A stretch of 60,708 nucleotides of DNA, counting the filler. It is 5 parts of 5 records of this genome, joined end to end, with 100 filler letters (N's around TTAATTAATTAA, not from the genome) between each part and the next. Parts side by side here need not be neighbours in the genome. Positions count along the whole stretch, not along the records: positions 1 to 17,615 come from SRR31156797_31978; positions 17,716 to 28,179 come from SRR31156797_31998; 3 more parts are not named here. One strand, written 5' to 3'. The notes beneath the pieces were generated by a model that saw only the letters and a program-made list of their open reading frames with translations, made no database searches and had not been told where the DNA came from. Below are positions 9,479 through 19,853 of this stretch, in pieces. A program made the position numbers and the translations under genes. Every line of letters begins with the position of its first letter. Position 1 is the stretch's first letter.

Positions 9479-10900
9479 TTATGCAGGGAAGATGACATCT
9501 ATGCGTGCGCCGCCGTTTTCGCCGTTGCTCAGATGCATCTCGATGCCGTGGCTTTCGAAGATGGTGGAAACCAGTGCCAGACCGAGGCCTGTGCCGGAAT
9601 CCTTGGTTGTGAAGAAGGGGTCGCGGACTTGATCCAGATGATCGGGTGAAAATCCAGGTCCTGTATCGAGAAGGATGATGTGGAGGCGTCCGTGCCCTCG
9701 TGCCGCGTTGATGGACAATTCTCCAGCACCGTTCATGGCCTGGAGTGCGTTGGCCACGAGGTTGTAAAAAGCGCGGTATAGAAGATCCTTGTCGCCTTTA
9801 ACAGACATGTCATCGCAGTATTTCCGTTCAATGGTCACACCGAGTTTTTCGCATTCCGGTTCCATGAAGACGGAGACCTGTTCAAGGATGGAGTCCATTT
9901 TGACAGGTAACATGGATGGCTTCTTGGGACGGGCGTAATCAAGAAATTCTGTTACGGTTCGTGAGAGTCGTTTGGCTTCTTCGTGAAGGGCTTCCAGAAT
10001 ACGGGTAGAGGAACTGCCTTCCTTTTTTGCCCGTTTCAAAATGAGTTCGGAGCTGGAGCAGATGATACCGAGCGGATTGCGAATTTCGTGCGCAACTCCT
10101 GCAACCATACGCCCCATACCTGCCAGTTTTTCCTGCTGTTGTAATTCGAAGATGAGTTTTTCCTTTTCCTTGAGCTGTTTGTTGCTTAACCGCTCTGCGC
10201 GTCGCAGCACTGTGAGGACGAGGAAAAAGAGCACCAATGAGGTGATGAGGGAAAAGGCGATGACGAGTCGTTCAAAGTTGAGCATGGACAAATAGTCATC
10301 CGTGATATCCTGTTCAAATTCCAGAATGCCCATGATTGGGTTTCGGTCGATGTTGGTCAGACTTCGTTCGGCGCGGAGTGGATTATATGCTCTGAGGGTC
10401 ATGCTGCCGGGCTTGAGGTCTACCATGAACAGGGCTGCGACTTTGGAGACGCGGGCCAGGATCTCGGCACTGAAATCTTCAGATTCCCAAGTTTCCGTAA
10501 CCTTGTATATGGCGTTGCCCGGTTTACCGATTTCATCCTTCGCCATGGAATAGATGACAGTCCCTTTGGCGTCATAGATGCGCAAGGTCGAGACATGAAA
10601 GCTGTGGACCGTTGACCTGATCACTTTGTCCATGGCTTTGTACTGGTCATCGTTTCGCAGTTGGATGTGACCGAATTTGACTACCGTGGGGATTACGAAT
10701 CGGGAAAAGAGCTGATGGCTGACATTTTCGGCCAAGAGCAGAGCAAAGGCCTCCTGTTTTTCAAGCAGGGTCTGCTCGGCATATTTCGATATGAACAGTG
10801 ACAGCAGCAGGCTGAAGCTCAAGATGATAACCAGTAGCGTCCAGGATATGACCTTGACGAACTGGAGTGGTTTGCCGCCGTCGGCGTCGGATATCTGCAA
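9479..10900 (-). CDS. Membrane sensor histidine kinase (NtrB/ZraS/PilS type)
   Basis: VAHEIRNPL H-box, NLVANALQA N-box, DTGPG, PFFTTK, GTGLGL. Confidence 0.92.
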   Translation of the reverse strand: MQISDADGGKPLQFVKVISWTLLVIILSFSLLLSLFISKYAEQTLLEKQEAFALLLAENVSHQLFSRFVIPTVVKFGHIQLRNDDQYKAMDKVIRSTVHSFHVSTLRIYDAKGTVIYSMAKDEIGKPGNAIYKVTETWESEDFSAEILARVSKVAALFMVDLKPGSMTLRAYNPLRAERSLTNIDRNPIMGILEFEQDITDDYLSMLNFERLVIAFSLITSLVLFFLVLTVLRRAERLSNKQLKEKEKLIFELQQQEKLAGMGRMVAGVAHEIRNPLGIICSSSELILKRAKKEGSSSTRILEALHEEAKRLSRTVTEFLDYARPKKPSMLPVKMDSILEQVSVFMEPECEKLGVTIERKYCDDMSVKGDKDLLYRAFYNLVANALQAMNGAGELSINAARGHGRLHIILLDTGPGFSPDHLDQVRDPFFTTKDSGTGLGLALVSTIFESHGIEMHLSNGENGGARIDVIFPA

Positions 10901-10904
10901 CGGA

Positions 10905-12245
10905 TTAAAACTCCCGTAAATCTCTGTCTGCAGTGAGGAAAGCGTTTAAATCCGCTTTTTCACCTTCAAGGCCATCCGCGTTCATACGCGCCTTAGCCAG
11001 TCGTTTTCCAAGTTCCACTGCGGGCTGGTCCAGCGGGTTGATACCCATGAGCCAGCCAGTCAGAATGGTGGCCGCGCCGAGCAGGGCTATCAATTTGCCA
11101 GCTTGTCTCGGGCTGTCCGCGCCCATGCGCAGTTCCACCAGCGGTACACCGTTGGCAGACAACGCCATGCGCGTGCCGAGGCCCTCCGCCTGAATCAATT
11201 CACCAAAATCCTTGTCCCGAACATAACAGAACTGGTCCGGGAGGTCTTCTGGGAATTTGGGGCCGGCCGGAAGATTTGGGCAGGTCAGGAACAGGCACGC
11301 CTTGTTGCGTACACCATCCATAAACATCTGGTTTACGGAGTGCTGGTCCGTTACGCCAATAGCGGGGACAGGCTGACTCCCTTTCCCTTCCTTGCCAAGC
11401 GATTCGGCCCAGAGTTGAGCAAACCAATCTCCAAAACTGGCCCACAAGGGGATATAGGCGAAAAAGATCATCTCATCAAACCCCTTGTCCATCAGGGCCG
11501 CGCCCCACGCCGCTAACTGGAATGATCCGTGTTCGGTCAGGGTCTCACCAGTGAGGTTCGGGGCGGTCAATTGGTCGGCGACCTCTTGTGCCCCGGCCAT
11601 GAGCGAATCGACATCCATGCCCAGAAAGAGGGCTGGGACCATGCCCACGGCAGACAGAACAGAATATCTTCCACCAAGATTGTCGGGGACCGGCAGGGCC
11701 GTGATGCCGTAGGTTTCTACTTCCCCGCGTAGGAATCCGTGTTTCTCATCGGTAACGAGCAGCATGTTTTCATACCACGCGTCTCCCAGATGGCGTTGCA
11801 TCCATTTTTTGAGAATAAAATACTGGCCCACTGTTTCGATAGTGCCGCCGGATTTGGAAACTGTCACGACCACGGTCTTTTCGGGCGGGAGTTTGGCAAG
11901 ATACGCTTCAAGGGCATAAGCATCCACGTTGTCAGCAATCCAGAGGCTCGGTCCGGAGTGTCCCGGCTGATCCTGCTGGGGGAAGAAAGCTTGTTGTAAC
12001 GCACGAGCGCCTAAGGCAGAACCACCTATACCAAGCAGGAGCATGTGATCAAATTTCTTGAGAAAAGGTTTGAGTTCTTCCAGTTGTTTTTTGAGGGCTG
12101 AGGCATAAGGCATGGTAAGGAAAGGAAGCTTGCCTGCGCCAGTTTCCTCACGAAGGCGTTCCGCCATTTCTTCGGCTCGAGCTTCGAAGCTCGCCATGTC
12201 TAGGTTTTCCAAACTTGAATTGGTCCAATCAAGAATATCAGCCAT
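10905..12245 (-). CDS. pgi: Glucose-6-phosphate isomerase
   Basis: GIGGSALG, SKSGGT, GGRYSV, QLWAESLGK and DQPAVELGK motifs; start at MADILDW after a GGGAGG RBS. Confidence 0.95.
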   Translation of the reverse strand: MADILDWTNSSLENLDMASFEARAEEMAERLREETGAGKLPFLTMPYASALKKQLEELKPFLKKFDHMLLLGIGGSALGARALQQAFFPQQDQPGHSGPSLWIADNVDAYALEAYLAKLPPEKTVVVTVSKSGGTIETVGQYFILKKWMQRHLGDAWYENMLLVTDEKHGFLRGEVETYGITALPVPDNLGGRYSVLSAVGMVPALFLGMDVDSLMAGAQEVADQLTAPNLTGETLTEHGSFQLAAWGAALMDKGFDEMIFFAYIPLWASFGDWFAQLWAESLGKEGKGSQPVPAIGVTDQHSVNQMFMDGVRNKACLFLTCPNLPAGPKFPEDLPDQFCYVRDKDFGELIQAEGLGTRMALSANGVPLVELRMGADSPRQAGKLIALLGAATILTGWLMGINPLDQPAVELGKRLAKARMNADGLEGEKADLNAFLTADRDLREF

Positions 12246-12387
12246 GATGTCCTCCCGGTCAGTGTCGTCAATGTGCCGAGCACCTTTTTGGCATCGTCTG
12301 TGCCGTACAGAAAATCTCATTTCCCTGTCATGTACAGAGATTCGTAGAATACCATGATTTCCAGAAAAGGAAAGTCATGGCCTGTCA

Positions 12388-13710
12388 TCAATTCCGCTTG
12401 CCGAACAGGACGCGTTGCAGGTCGGCCAGTGTTGCAGCGGTGCCGGAATGGCAGACAGGGTCATGCCCCAGGCGGTCAGCCTGTTTGAGTCTGACATCAT
12501 GGGCGGCCACAGGGCGTACTTGCCCGTTGAGATCTATCTCGCCCCAGAAGACTGCGGATTCCGGCAGAGGTTGATCATAAAATGACGACATGATTGCCGC
12601 CACCACGGCCAGATCAAGGCCGGGGTCTTTGGAGGCCAGCCCTCCTGTGATCTTGGCATAAATGTCATGACCACTGAGATTCAGGCGTAATCTTTTTTCG
12701 AGCACGGCCAACAATAAGTTGAGTCGGTTTGTATCAAAGCCGAGCGCTGTACGCCGGGGAATGGTCAGGAATGACTTGGAAACCAAAGCCTGTACTTCCA
12801 CGGCAAAAGGTCGCTGGCCGTCTACAGCCAAGGCCATGGCCGTGCCGGAAAGGGATGGGTCTCGTGCTCCGAGGAAAAATGTGGCCGGGTCTGCGACGAC
12901 TTCAAGCCCTTTCTCCTTCATAGTGAAGACCACCAGTTCATCACTGGGGCCGAATCTGTTCTTGAGTACGCGCAGGATGCGGGAAAAATGTTTACGGTCG
13001 CCTTCCAGATATAGGACCGTATCCACCATATGTTCCAGCAGTTTTGGACCGGCAATTTGGCCGTCCTTGGTTACATGGCCCACGAGTATAAGGGTCGTGC
13101 CTGTTTTTTTGGTCTTTTCTACCAATTCGCCGGATACGGCGCGCACCTGACTAACTGAGCCGGGAATGCCGTCGGCCAGAGGGGACGCCAAGGTCTGTAC
13201 TGAATCAACAATGAGCAGTTCCGGCGGATTGGGGCCGTCCAGCACGGCCAGAGCATCTTCTACTTTGTTGGATGCCATGGCGAGCAGTCCCGGCCCGAGC
13301 AGGCCGAGGCGTTCCGCACGTCCACGGAGCTGCGGCAGGGATTCTTCGCCTGAAAGATAGACTGCGGTGTGTCCCAGTCTGGCCTGACTTCCGGCCAGTT
13401 GTAGAAGCAGGGTGGATTTGCCGATACCCGGTTCGCCGCCGAGGAGGATGGCTGCTCCCGGTACCAGCCCGGAGCCGAGCAGTTCATCCAGAGAGTCCAT
13501 GCCTGAAGTGCGGGTGGTATATTGTTCACTGTGCAAATCTTCAAGTGGTTGTGGCCTGTCCTGAGCTGTCGCCCTCACGGATGAGGCACGTTTTTTGTTA
13601 ACAGTGATGGATTCCAGCGTGTTCCATTCCTTGCACGAAGGGCATTGCCCTTGCCACCGGGGAGATTGTGCGCCACAGGCCGCGCATCTAAAGACGTCTT
13701 TGGTTTTCAT
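12388..13710 (-). CDS. radA: DNA repair protein RadA/Sms
   Basis: C4 zinc finger CAAC...CPSC, GEPGIGKST, KNRFG motif; true start at MKTKDVF. Confidence 0.95.
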   Translation of the reverse strand: MKTKDVFRCAACGAQSPRWQGQCPSCKEWNTLESITVNKKRASSVRATAQDRPQPLEDLHSEQYTTRTSGMDSLDELLGSGLVPGAAILLGGEPGIGKSTLLLQLAGSQARLGHTAVYLSGEESLPQLRGRAERLGLLGPGLLAMASNKVEDALAVLDGPNPPELLIVDSVQTLASPLADGIPGSVSQVRAVSGELVEKTKKTGTTLILVGHVTKDGQIAGPKLLEHMVDTVLYLEGDRKHFSRILRVLKNRFGPSDELVVFTMKEKGLEVVADPATFFLGARDPSLSGTAMALAVDGQRPFAVEVQALVSKSFLTIPRRTALGFDTNRLNLLLAVLEKRLRLNLSGHDIYAKITGGLASKDPGLDLAVVAAIMSSFYDQPLPESAVFWGEIDLNGQVRPVAAHDVRLKQADRLGHDPVCHSGTAATLADLQRVLFGKRN

Positions 13711-13827
13711 GCGTGTGAGTATCCCGCTTTTTACCGGAAAAAGTCCAGCCCGGAAAATGTGTGACACACAATAAAAATGTTGACGATATGTATGGGCCGT
13801 CAGTACCCATGCTGTACGGAAAAAAGT

Positions 13828-14523
13828 ATGACAGATAGAAAATCGACATTTCTTCAAGGCGCTCGTGACATCAGCCCTATATTGGCAGGCGTGATGCCGT
13901 TTGGCCTTATCTGCGGTGCCGTGGGAGTCTCTGAGGGGATGCCTGAATGGGCTTCCTCCATGATGTCTGTCATCGTCTTTGCCGGAGCCTCTCAGTTGGC
14001 GGCCATTCAGCTTATGAGTGAAAATGCATCTGTTGCCGTGGTTATTCTTACCGGGCTGATAATCAATGCGCGTTTTTTCATGTACTCTGCATCCATCGGT
14101 CCGCACCTCAAGGGCGTTCCACCGTTGCAGAAGGCTGGATTGGCTTATTTGCTGACGGATGGAGGATACGCCGTGTCCGTGGCCCATTATCTTCGAAACG
14201 AGATCAGCAACGTCAACAAGGTCTGGTATTATTTGGGAACCAATGTTGTCATATGGCTGGGGTATATTTCTTCAACCATCATTGGTGCGTATGTTGGCGC
14301 GGTCATTCCCCCTGAGTGGCGACTTGATTTTGCTGTCCCGTTGACTTTTACGGCTGTGGTTATGCCCGCCATTGTCGACAGGCCCATGGTTCTGGCTGCG
14401 CTTGTTTCTGGCGGCATGGCTGTTGCCGCATCTTCTCTTCCATATAATCTTGGGCTGATGGTTGGTGCCGTCAGCGGCATGGTGGTTGGCTATCTCGCAG
14501 AGAGGAGGCTTGCCAATGCTTGA
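13828..14523 (+). CDS. azlC: AzlC family branched-chain amino acid exporter
   Basis: FAGASQ, INARF, LLTD and LDFA motifs; start at MTDRKST. Confidence 0.9.
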   Translation: MTDRKSTFLQGARDISPILAGVMPFGLICGAVGVSEGMPEWASSMMSVIVFAGASQLAAIQLMSENASVAVVILTGLIINARFFMYSASIGPHLKGVPPLQKAGLAYLLTDGGYAVSVAHYLRNEISNVNKVWYYLGTNVVIWLGYISSTIIGAYVGAVIPPEWRLDFAVPLTFTAVVMPAIVDRPMVLAALVSGGMAVAASSLPYNLGLMVGAVSGMVVGYLAERRLANA

Positions 14524-14845
14524 TATGTCCATTTACTGGCCGGTTGTATTGGGGATTGGTATAGGGGTCTTTTTGATCCGGTATTCGTTTATCCTGATTA
14601 TCGACAAAGTGACGTTGCCGGAGATGGTGCAACGGATGCTTCGCTACATTCCCGCCTCAGTGCTTCCCGCGTTGATTGTCCCGGCGGTGCTTCTGCATAA
14701 GGAAGGCGGCGTGACAACGTTTGCCGGCTGGGATCAACTGACCGCTGCGCTCGTCGCTGTTTTGGTTGCATGGAAGACACGGAATATGCTGGCGACCATT
14801 GCTTCCGGTATGGTCGTCTTGTGGGGTATTCAGTTCTTTTTGTAA
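14516..14845 (+). CDS. azlD: AzlD family protein
   Basis: LRYIPASVLPAL motif; overlaps the azlC stop; GAGGAGG RBS. Confidence 0.88.
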   Translation: MLDMSIYWPVVLGIGIGVFLIRYSFILIIDKVTLPEMVQRMLRYIPASVLPALIVPAVLLHKEGGVTTFAGWDQLTAALVAVLVAWKTRNMLATIASGMVVLWGIQFFL

Positions 14846-14943
14846 GTGGTGTTTTCAACTTCGTCTTTGATTTGATTGTCGTTTCTTTTTTCGTGCTGCC
14901 TGCACGTCCATTTCTCTTCAATTCCATGTGAAAATATTAACGC

Positions 14944-15066
14944 TTGACTCTTGGCGAACAGAGGTATTTAGTCTGCCCCTTTCGCGTGATTCTCCAGCCC
15001 CTGGCCTCCTCCCATAGGTTCGACCACTGACTGTGACCACGAAGAACCACCAAACCAAGGAGGTCT
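14944..15066 (+). promoter_or_regulatory. Putative sigma70 promoter and ~90-nt leader of sulP
   Basis: TTGACT at 14944 with an AT-rich -10 region near 14965-14972; AAGGAGG RBS at 15057-15063. Confidence 0.45.
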
Positions 15067-15070
15067 TTCA

Positions 15071-16783
15071 ATGGCTTTTTCATTGCGTGCGCAGTTTGAA
15101 GCGTTCGCTCCCAAAAGTTTTATCTATTTGAAATCCTACTCGCTGACTGCGTTGCAGCGGGATTTGGGTGCAGGTGTTACGGTCGGTATCGTCGCGCTGC
15201 CGTTGGCCATGGCATTTGCTATCGCGTCGGGGGCCAGCCCTCAAACCGGACTGTTTACCGCGATTGTTGCTGGTTTTGTCATATCGGCATTTGGAGGCAC
15301 TCGATTTCAGATCGGTGGACCGACCGGTGCATTCGTCGTTATCATCTCTGGTGTAATTGCCCGGAATGGCTTTGAAGGCTTGATGCTCGCCACGATTCTG
15401 GCCGGTCTGCTTCTCGTCGTCATGGGGCTTCTTCGACTCGGACGGTTATTGCAGTATATTCCTTATCCGGTAACAGCCGGGTTCACTTCCGGCATAGGTC
15501 TCTTAATTTTTACATCCCAGCTGAAAGACTTCCTGGGATTGCAGGTCAGCGCTATGCCGTCTGCTTTTGCTGAGCAGATAATGGCATGTGCGCACGCCTT
15601 GCCAACGGCACTGCCTGCAACTCTTGGTATCGGCGCATTGACATTGGCAATCATGCTGATTGTCCGCCGTTACATTCCGCGTATCCCGGCTCCTTTTGCC
15701 GGAATAGTTGTCGGTTCGATCGCGGCGTGGTCTTTGGGGCTACAGATTGAGACTATTGGAAGCAAGTTCGGCGGTATTCCTTCGACCATGCCTGATTTTG
15801 TCCCTTTGACCGGGATCAGTCTGGCAACGATTCGAAATATCCTTCCCGATGCTTTGACCATTGCAGTGTTGGCGGGCATGGAATCACTGTTGAGTGCCAC
15901 TGTGGCCGATGGCATGAGCGGTGACAGACATAATTCTTCTACGGAACTGGTCGCGCAGGGGCTGGCGAATATTGCTTCTCCGTTGTTCGGGGGGCTGCCC
16001 GCCACAGGAGCCATTGCCCGTACTGCCACCAATATCCGAGCTGGAGCATTCACACCTATGGCCGGTATTTTTCATGTCCTGACATTGGTGGTTTTTATTA
16101 AATTCATGGCACCGGTAGCGTCTCTTATCCCTCTATCCAGTCTCGCCGCTGTCTTGATGGTCGTGGCTTGGGACATGAGTGAACCCCATCGCCTAAAGCG
16201 GCTTTTTTTGGCACCGAAATCCGACTCCATGGTCATGCTGAGCACGTTTTTGCTGACGGTATTCGTTGGTCTGACTGTGGCAGTAGAGATTGGTGTTGTG
16301 CTGGCCGCCGTTCTGTTCATGAAACGTATGAGTGAACTAGTGGACATTCATAGCCTCGATACGGGCTTGCCGGAGGATGCGATCATCAGCCGTCGAACTG
16401 GAAACCCCAGAGTGGTTGTGTACGAGATTGCAGGCCCGCTCTTTTTCGGCATGACGCAAAGGTTTATCGACATCATGCGATTCACTCGCAAGAAACCAGA
16501 GATTCTCGTGCTCTGCATGCGGCTTGTTCCCATCATTGATGCGACAGGTCTTGAAGGACTTGAGACGGTTATCCGCAAGGGACAAGCCCGTGGTATCCGC
16601 GTCATTCTTTCAGGGGTTAACCCTAGAATCATGAAGATCATGACACGGCTTGGTACGGACAAAGTCGTTGGTAGTGAGAATATCTTTCAGGATTTCTCAA
16701 CGGCCGTTGCCGCAACATTGCCTTATTTTGAAGAAGAAGCAGAAGCGGACGAAGTTGTGGGTAAGGTCCCGCATTGCGCGTAG
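15071..16783 (+). CDS. sulP: SulP/SLC26 anion permease with C-terminal STAS domain
   Basis: VALPLAMAFAIASG, QIGGPTGAF, ESLLSA, TGAIARTATN; STAS segment GPLFFG...IDATG. Confidence 0.93.
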   Translation: MAFSLRAQFEAFAPKSFIYLKSYSLTALQRDLGAGVTVGIVALPLAMAFAIASGASPQTGLFTAIVAGFVISAFGGTRFQIGGPTGAFVVIISGVIARNGFEGLMLATILAGLLLVVMGLLRLGRLLQYIPYPVTAGFTSGIGLLIFTSQLKDFLGLQVSAMPSAFAEQIMACAHALPTALPATLGIGALTLAIMLIVRRYIPRIPAPFAGIVVGSIAAWSLGLQIETIGSKFGGIPSTMPDFVPLTGISLATIRNILPDALTIAVLAGMESLLSATVADGMSGDRHNSSTELVAQGLANIASPLFGGLPATGAIARTATNIRAGAFTPMAGIFHVLTLVVFIKFMAPVASLIPLSSLAAVLMVVAWDMSEPHRLKRLFLAPKSDSMVMLSTFLLTVFVGLTVAVEIGVVLAAVLFMKRMSELVDIHSLDTGLPEDAIISRRTGNPRVVVYEIAGPLFFGMTQRFIDIMRFTRKKPEILVLCMRLVPIIDATGLEGLETVIRKGQARGIRVILSGVNPRIMKIMTRLGTDKVVGSENIFQDFSTAVAATLPYFEEEAEADEVVGKVPHCA

Positions 16784-16808
16784 ACAAAGTGCTGTTATAA
16801 AGCAGATG

Positions 16809-16836
16809 AGGGTCGCCTGAGGGCGGCCCTTTTTTT
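16809..16836 (+). terminator. Intrinsic terminator after sulP
   Basis: AGGGTCGCC-TGAG-GGCGGCCCT followed by a T-run. Confidence 0.8.
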
Positions 16837-17614
16837 AGACGTCTACACCCTGTTTTTTGTATTCGTTGAGCTTGTTGCGAAGGGTGCGGACCGAGATGCC
16901 GAGAAGCTCGGCGGCGCGAGTGCGGTTGCCGGTGGTTTCTTCAAGACTTTTGAGAATGAGCCGCTTTTCCATTTCGTGAATGGGCATGACAGACAAGGCT
17001 TCGTCCGGGGTGGATGGCGGTGCGGCTTCGGATGCAGCCTGCTGGTCGGCGTCAATGGATGACAGATCATCGGGTGTCCATTGTTCGTCGCCCATGAGAA
17101 AGTGCTTGGTCTGGATGGGACCTTGTCCGGCGAGAAGCACGGCGCGCTCCATCAGATTTTGGAGTTCACGAACATTGCCCGGCCAATCATAAGCCATGAG
17201 CCATTTCTTGGCGTCTTCTGCAAAAGCAAGCGGATCAAGGCCGTAGGTAGCCGTAAATTTGTTGGTGAAGTATTCTGCGAGCAGAACAACGTCGTCGCCT
17301 CGTTCCTTGAGAGCTGGCAGGGCGAGCGGGATGACGTTCAAGCGATAGAACAGATCCTGACGGAATTTCCCTTCCTTGACCGTGGTTTCGATATCGCGGT
17401 TGGTGGTCGCGAGTACGCGTACATCAATATTGACTGTTTCCACTCCACCGACACGATCAAATTCCGATTCCTGCAAGACACGTAATAGCTTGGCCTGAAG
17501 GCCGAGGTCCATTTCCGTGATTTCGTCGAGCAGAATGGTGCCGCCGTCAGCCAGTTCAAACTTGCCAAGTTTGCGGTTGATGGCCCCGGTGAACGCACCT
17601 TTTTCATGGCCGAA
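16835..17614 (-). CDS. Sigma54-dependent activator (NtrC family, possibly FlrC/FleR-like), 5'-truncated by contig end
   Basis: Frame runs to the contig edge through [11 protein letters not shown] and [12 protein letters not shown]; Fis-type [15 protein letters not shown]. Confidence 0.9.
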   Translation of the reverse strand, partial: FGHEKGAFTGAINRKLGKFELADGGTILLDEITEMDLGLQAKLLRVLQESEFDRVGGVETVNIDVRVLATTNRDIETTVKEGKFRQDLFYRLNVIPLALPALKERGDDVVLLAEYFTNKFTATYGLDPLAFAEDAKKWLMAYDWPGNVRELQNLMERAVLLAGQGPIQTKHFLMGDEQWTPDDLSSIDADQQAASEAAPPSTPDEALSVMPIHEMEKRLILKSLEETTGNRTRAAELLGISVRTLRNKLNEYKKQGVDV

Positions 17615-17615
17615 A

Positions 17616-17715
17616 NNNNNNNNNNNNNNNNNNNNNNNNNNNNNNNNNNNNNNNNNNNNTTAATTAATTAANNNNNNNNNNNNNNNNNNNNNNNNNNNNN
17701 NNNNNNNNNNNNNNN
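17616..17715. other. Artificial contig spacer
   Basis: N-run with central TTAATTAATTAA. Confidence 0.99.
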
Positions 17716-18089
17716 ACGACATGCTCGATATGGTCGATTACATGGTCAACCTCATAGGGGTGGACCATGTCTCCTTTGGTATTGATTACGATGCGACCAC
17801 CCATGGTGCAATGCCGGAAGAAAAAATCAAGGCGCAATACGAAGCGATGGTAGCCTCGGGGGCCTGGGACCCAAGCGCCTATCCGGCACCGCCTTATTAC
17901 TATCCCGAAGGTATTGAGCTGCCGAACACGCTGTATAACCTGACAGGGGCATTGCTGAAACGTGGCTACAGCAAAGAAGATATTGCCAAGTTGTGGGGCG
18001 GAAACTGGATGCGTGTCATGAAACAGGTTTGGGGGGACAAAAGCGCAGAGCCGGTGATTGATGAAGATGAACAATTCCATATGCGTTAA
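17716..18089 (+). CDS. Membrane dipeptidase (peptidase M19), C-terminal fragment
   Basis: GVDHVSFGIDYD and LLKRGYSKEDIAKLWGGNWMRV motifs; 5' end lost at contig edge. Confidence 0.85.
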
Positions 18090-18137
18090 CGTCAATATAT
18101 TTTAAGGTTTCTCAGCTGAAAATGGTATTTAATCTGT

Positions 18138-19853
18138 ATGCATGTATTTCGTTCGTTATTCGCCTGTTTTACGGCTGCTTTTGCAACTTTTGTTTTCTCG
18201 TTTTCCATGGTTACGCCAGCAATGGGGCATCCTCTGGACGATTTGACCATTAGAAGGATCAATCAATATTTTATTGTTGATGCCCGCGGGAGGCAACCAA
18301 CCGTTTTCTATCTGCTTAAAATGGCTGAGATTCCCTCTTTTGACGAGATGAACAAAATTGATCCGGATTACAACCGGGATGTGACCGGAAAGGAGGTCAA
18401 CGCCTACCTTGATCATCGGATATCTGGATTACTTGAGAACCTCCATATGGCAGTCGATGGTTCCCCTGTCCCGCTGAATGTTAAAAAGCGGCGTCTTAAA
18501 CTGAACAAGGGCAAGGGAGGAATGTCGGTCATAAGTATTTATATGACGCTGACTCCTGGTTCGTTTGCGTGGCCGGCACCAGGACAAACCTTTGAGTTGG
18601 TCATACGCAGTGACAATTTCACCGGGGTGTTGGGCGAACGTGAGTGCAAGGTGCTTCACAATGGGCGGCTTGGGGATCCGTATTCTGAACCGGACAAGAG
18701 CAGGAACGGATTTCAGAAACTCATTTATAGAGACGATCTGGCCAACGCAGTCTATCAGAATACCAACGCACATTTCGTTTTCAAGCTGACGGCTTTGAAA
18801 GATCCTGTAACGGCCATCCCTTTGGAACCGACTTTCGGCTGGATTACGAAAACAAAACTAACGACAGTGGACCAGGACAAAGCCCGGCGTTCGGACTCCA
18901 GGCAGACTTGGGCACCAAAAGTCCAGGGCCAACCCGGGGGAGTTGCTGACATTGACAAATCTGAAAATAGAGGATCAGCGGTAACCGGGCCGTTGTCTTT
19001 TGATTACGGTGCCGGCATTTTGAGCGTAATGTTCGAGCAGGTCGCCGGCACAATCAGGGCTAAAGAATTAACTACCAGAATGTTCCTATCCGGATTGCTG
19101 ATCGCCATGTTCCTTGGCATAGCCCACGCGTGGTCGCCAGGACATGGTAAAACTGTGATGGCAGCTTACCTGATAGGGGAGCGTGGGACGGTTTGGAATG
19201 CAGTTATCCTGGGGGTGGTGGTCACAATTACACATACCTGGAGCGTTCTGGGGATAGGGGCTGTGGCCCTGTACGCACAGGAAGTTATCTCCAGTGAAAA
19301 ATTAAATTTCTGGCTTTCAATGGCATCTGGAGGGCTCATTCTTTTGATAGGCGTAATGCTTTTTTTCCGACGATATACAGCTTTTATCCTTGAACGCCAC
19401 AAAAGGTCGTCAGGTGATCACTATCATGGGCATGATCACGATCACCTGCATGACGGTGACCATACCCATTGCCACGGCCACCACAGGCACAGTCATGTGG
19501 TCAAAACCAATGATGGCAGTCCGCCTGGCATCTGGAGCATTCTTGGGTTGGGGATCTCGGGCGGTATTGTGCCGTGCGCTTCCGCTTTAATTGTCCTGCT
19601 GCTGGCGATCCATTTCAAGCGGCCGGCATACGGTCTTGGGCTAATCCTCAGTTTCAGTCTGGGACTTGCGTTTGTGTTGATTTTTCTTGGCATTATTGTT
19701 GTACGTGCAAAAGGCGTGGTGCAAAAAAGAATTGGCCGAGGCCAGGCCCTGGTTATACTGCCCGTGGTCTCGTCGGCGTTGATTGCCATGATGGGCCTGG
19801 CGCTATTGCTCGGAACTCTTGTTCAATACCGGTTTATCGTGTTTCAGCTATAG
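18138..19853 (+). CDS. RcnA/NicO-type Ni/Co permease with an N-terminal exported domain
   Basis: Signal peptide ending AMG-HP; HAWSPGHGKTVMAAYL; His-rich loop; GIVPCASAL. Confidence 0.85.
   Translation: MHVFRSLFACFTAAFATFVFSFSMVTPAMGHPLDDLTIRRINQYFIVDARGRQPTVFYLLKMAEIPSFDEMNKIDPDYNRDVTGKEVNAYLDHRISGLLENLHMAVDGSPVPLNVKKRRLKLNKGKGGMSVISIYMTLTPGSFAWPAPGQTFELVIRSDNFTGVLGERECKVLHNGRLGDPYSEPDKSRNGFQKLIYRDDLANAVYQNTNAHFVFKLTALKDPVTAIPLEPTFGWITKTKLTTVDQDKARRSDSRQTWAPKVQGQPGGVADIDKSENRGSAVTGPLSFDYGAGILSVMFEQVAGTIRAKELTTRMFLSGLLIAMFLGIAHAWSPGHGKTVMAAYLIGERGTVWNAVILGVVVTITHTWSVLGIGAVALYAQEVISSEKLNFWLSMASGGLILLIGVMLFFRRYTAFILERHKRSSGDHYHGHDHDHLHDGDHTHCHGHHRHSHVVKTNDGSPPGIWSILGLGISGGIVPCASALIVLLLAIHFKRPAYGLGLILSFSLGLAFVLIFLGIIVVRAKGVVQKRIGRGQALVILPVVSSALIAMMGLALLLGTLVQYRFIVFQL

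Noticed and set aside
13711-14187. 159-aa N-terminal extension of RadA in the ORF track
   Set aside because: Antisense to azlC; RadA homology begins at MKTKDVF (13710)
17660-17671. TTAATTAATTAA repeated four times in the window
   Set aside because: Always centred in a 100-nt N spacer; an artificial all-frame stop linker, not a biological repeat
17664-18095. Minus-strand ORF running into Ns (also 28228..28449)
   Set aside because: Shadow of the dipeptidase or a spacer artefact; no recognisable motifs
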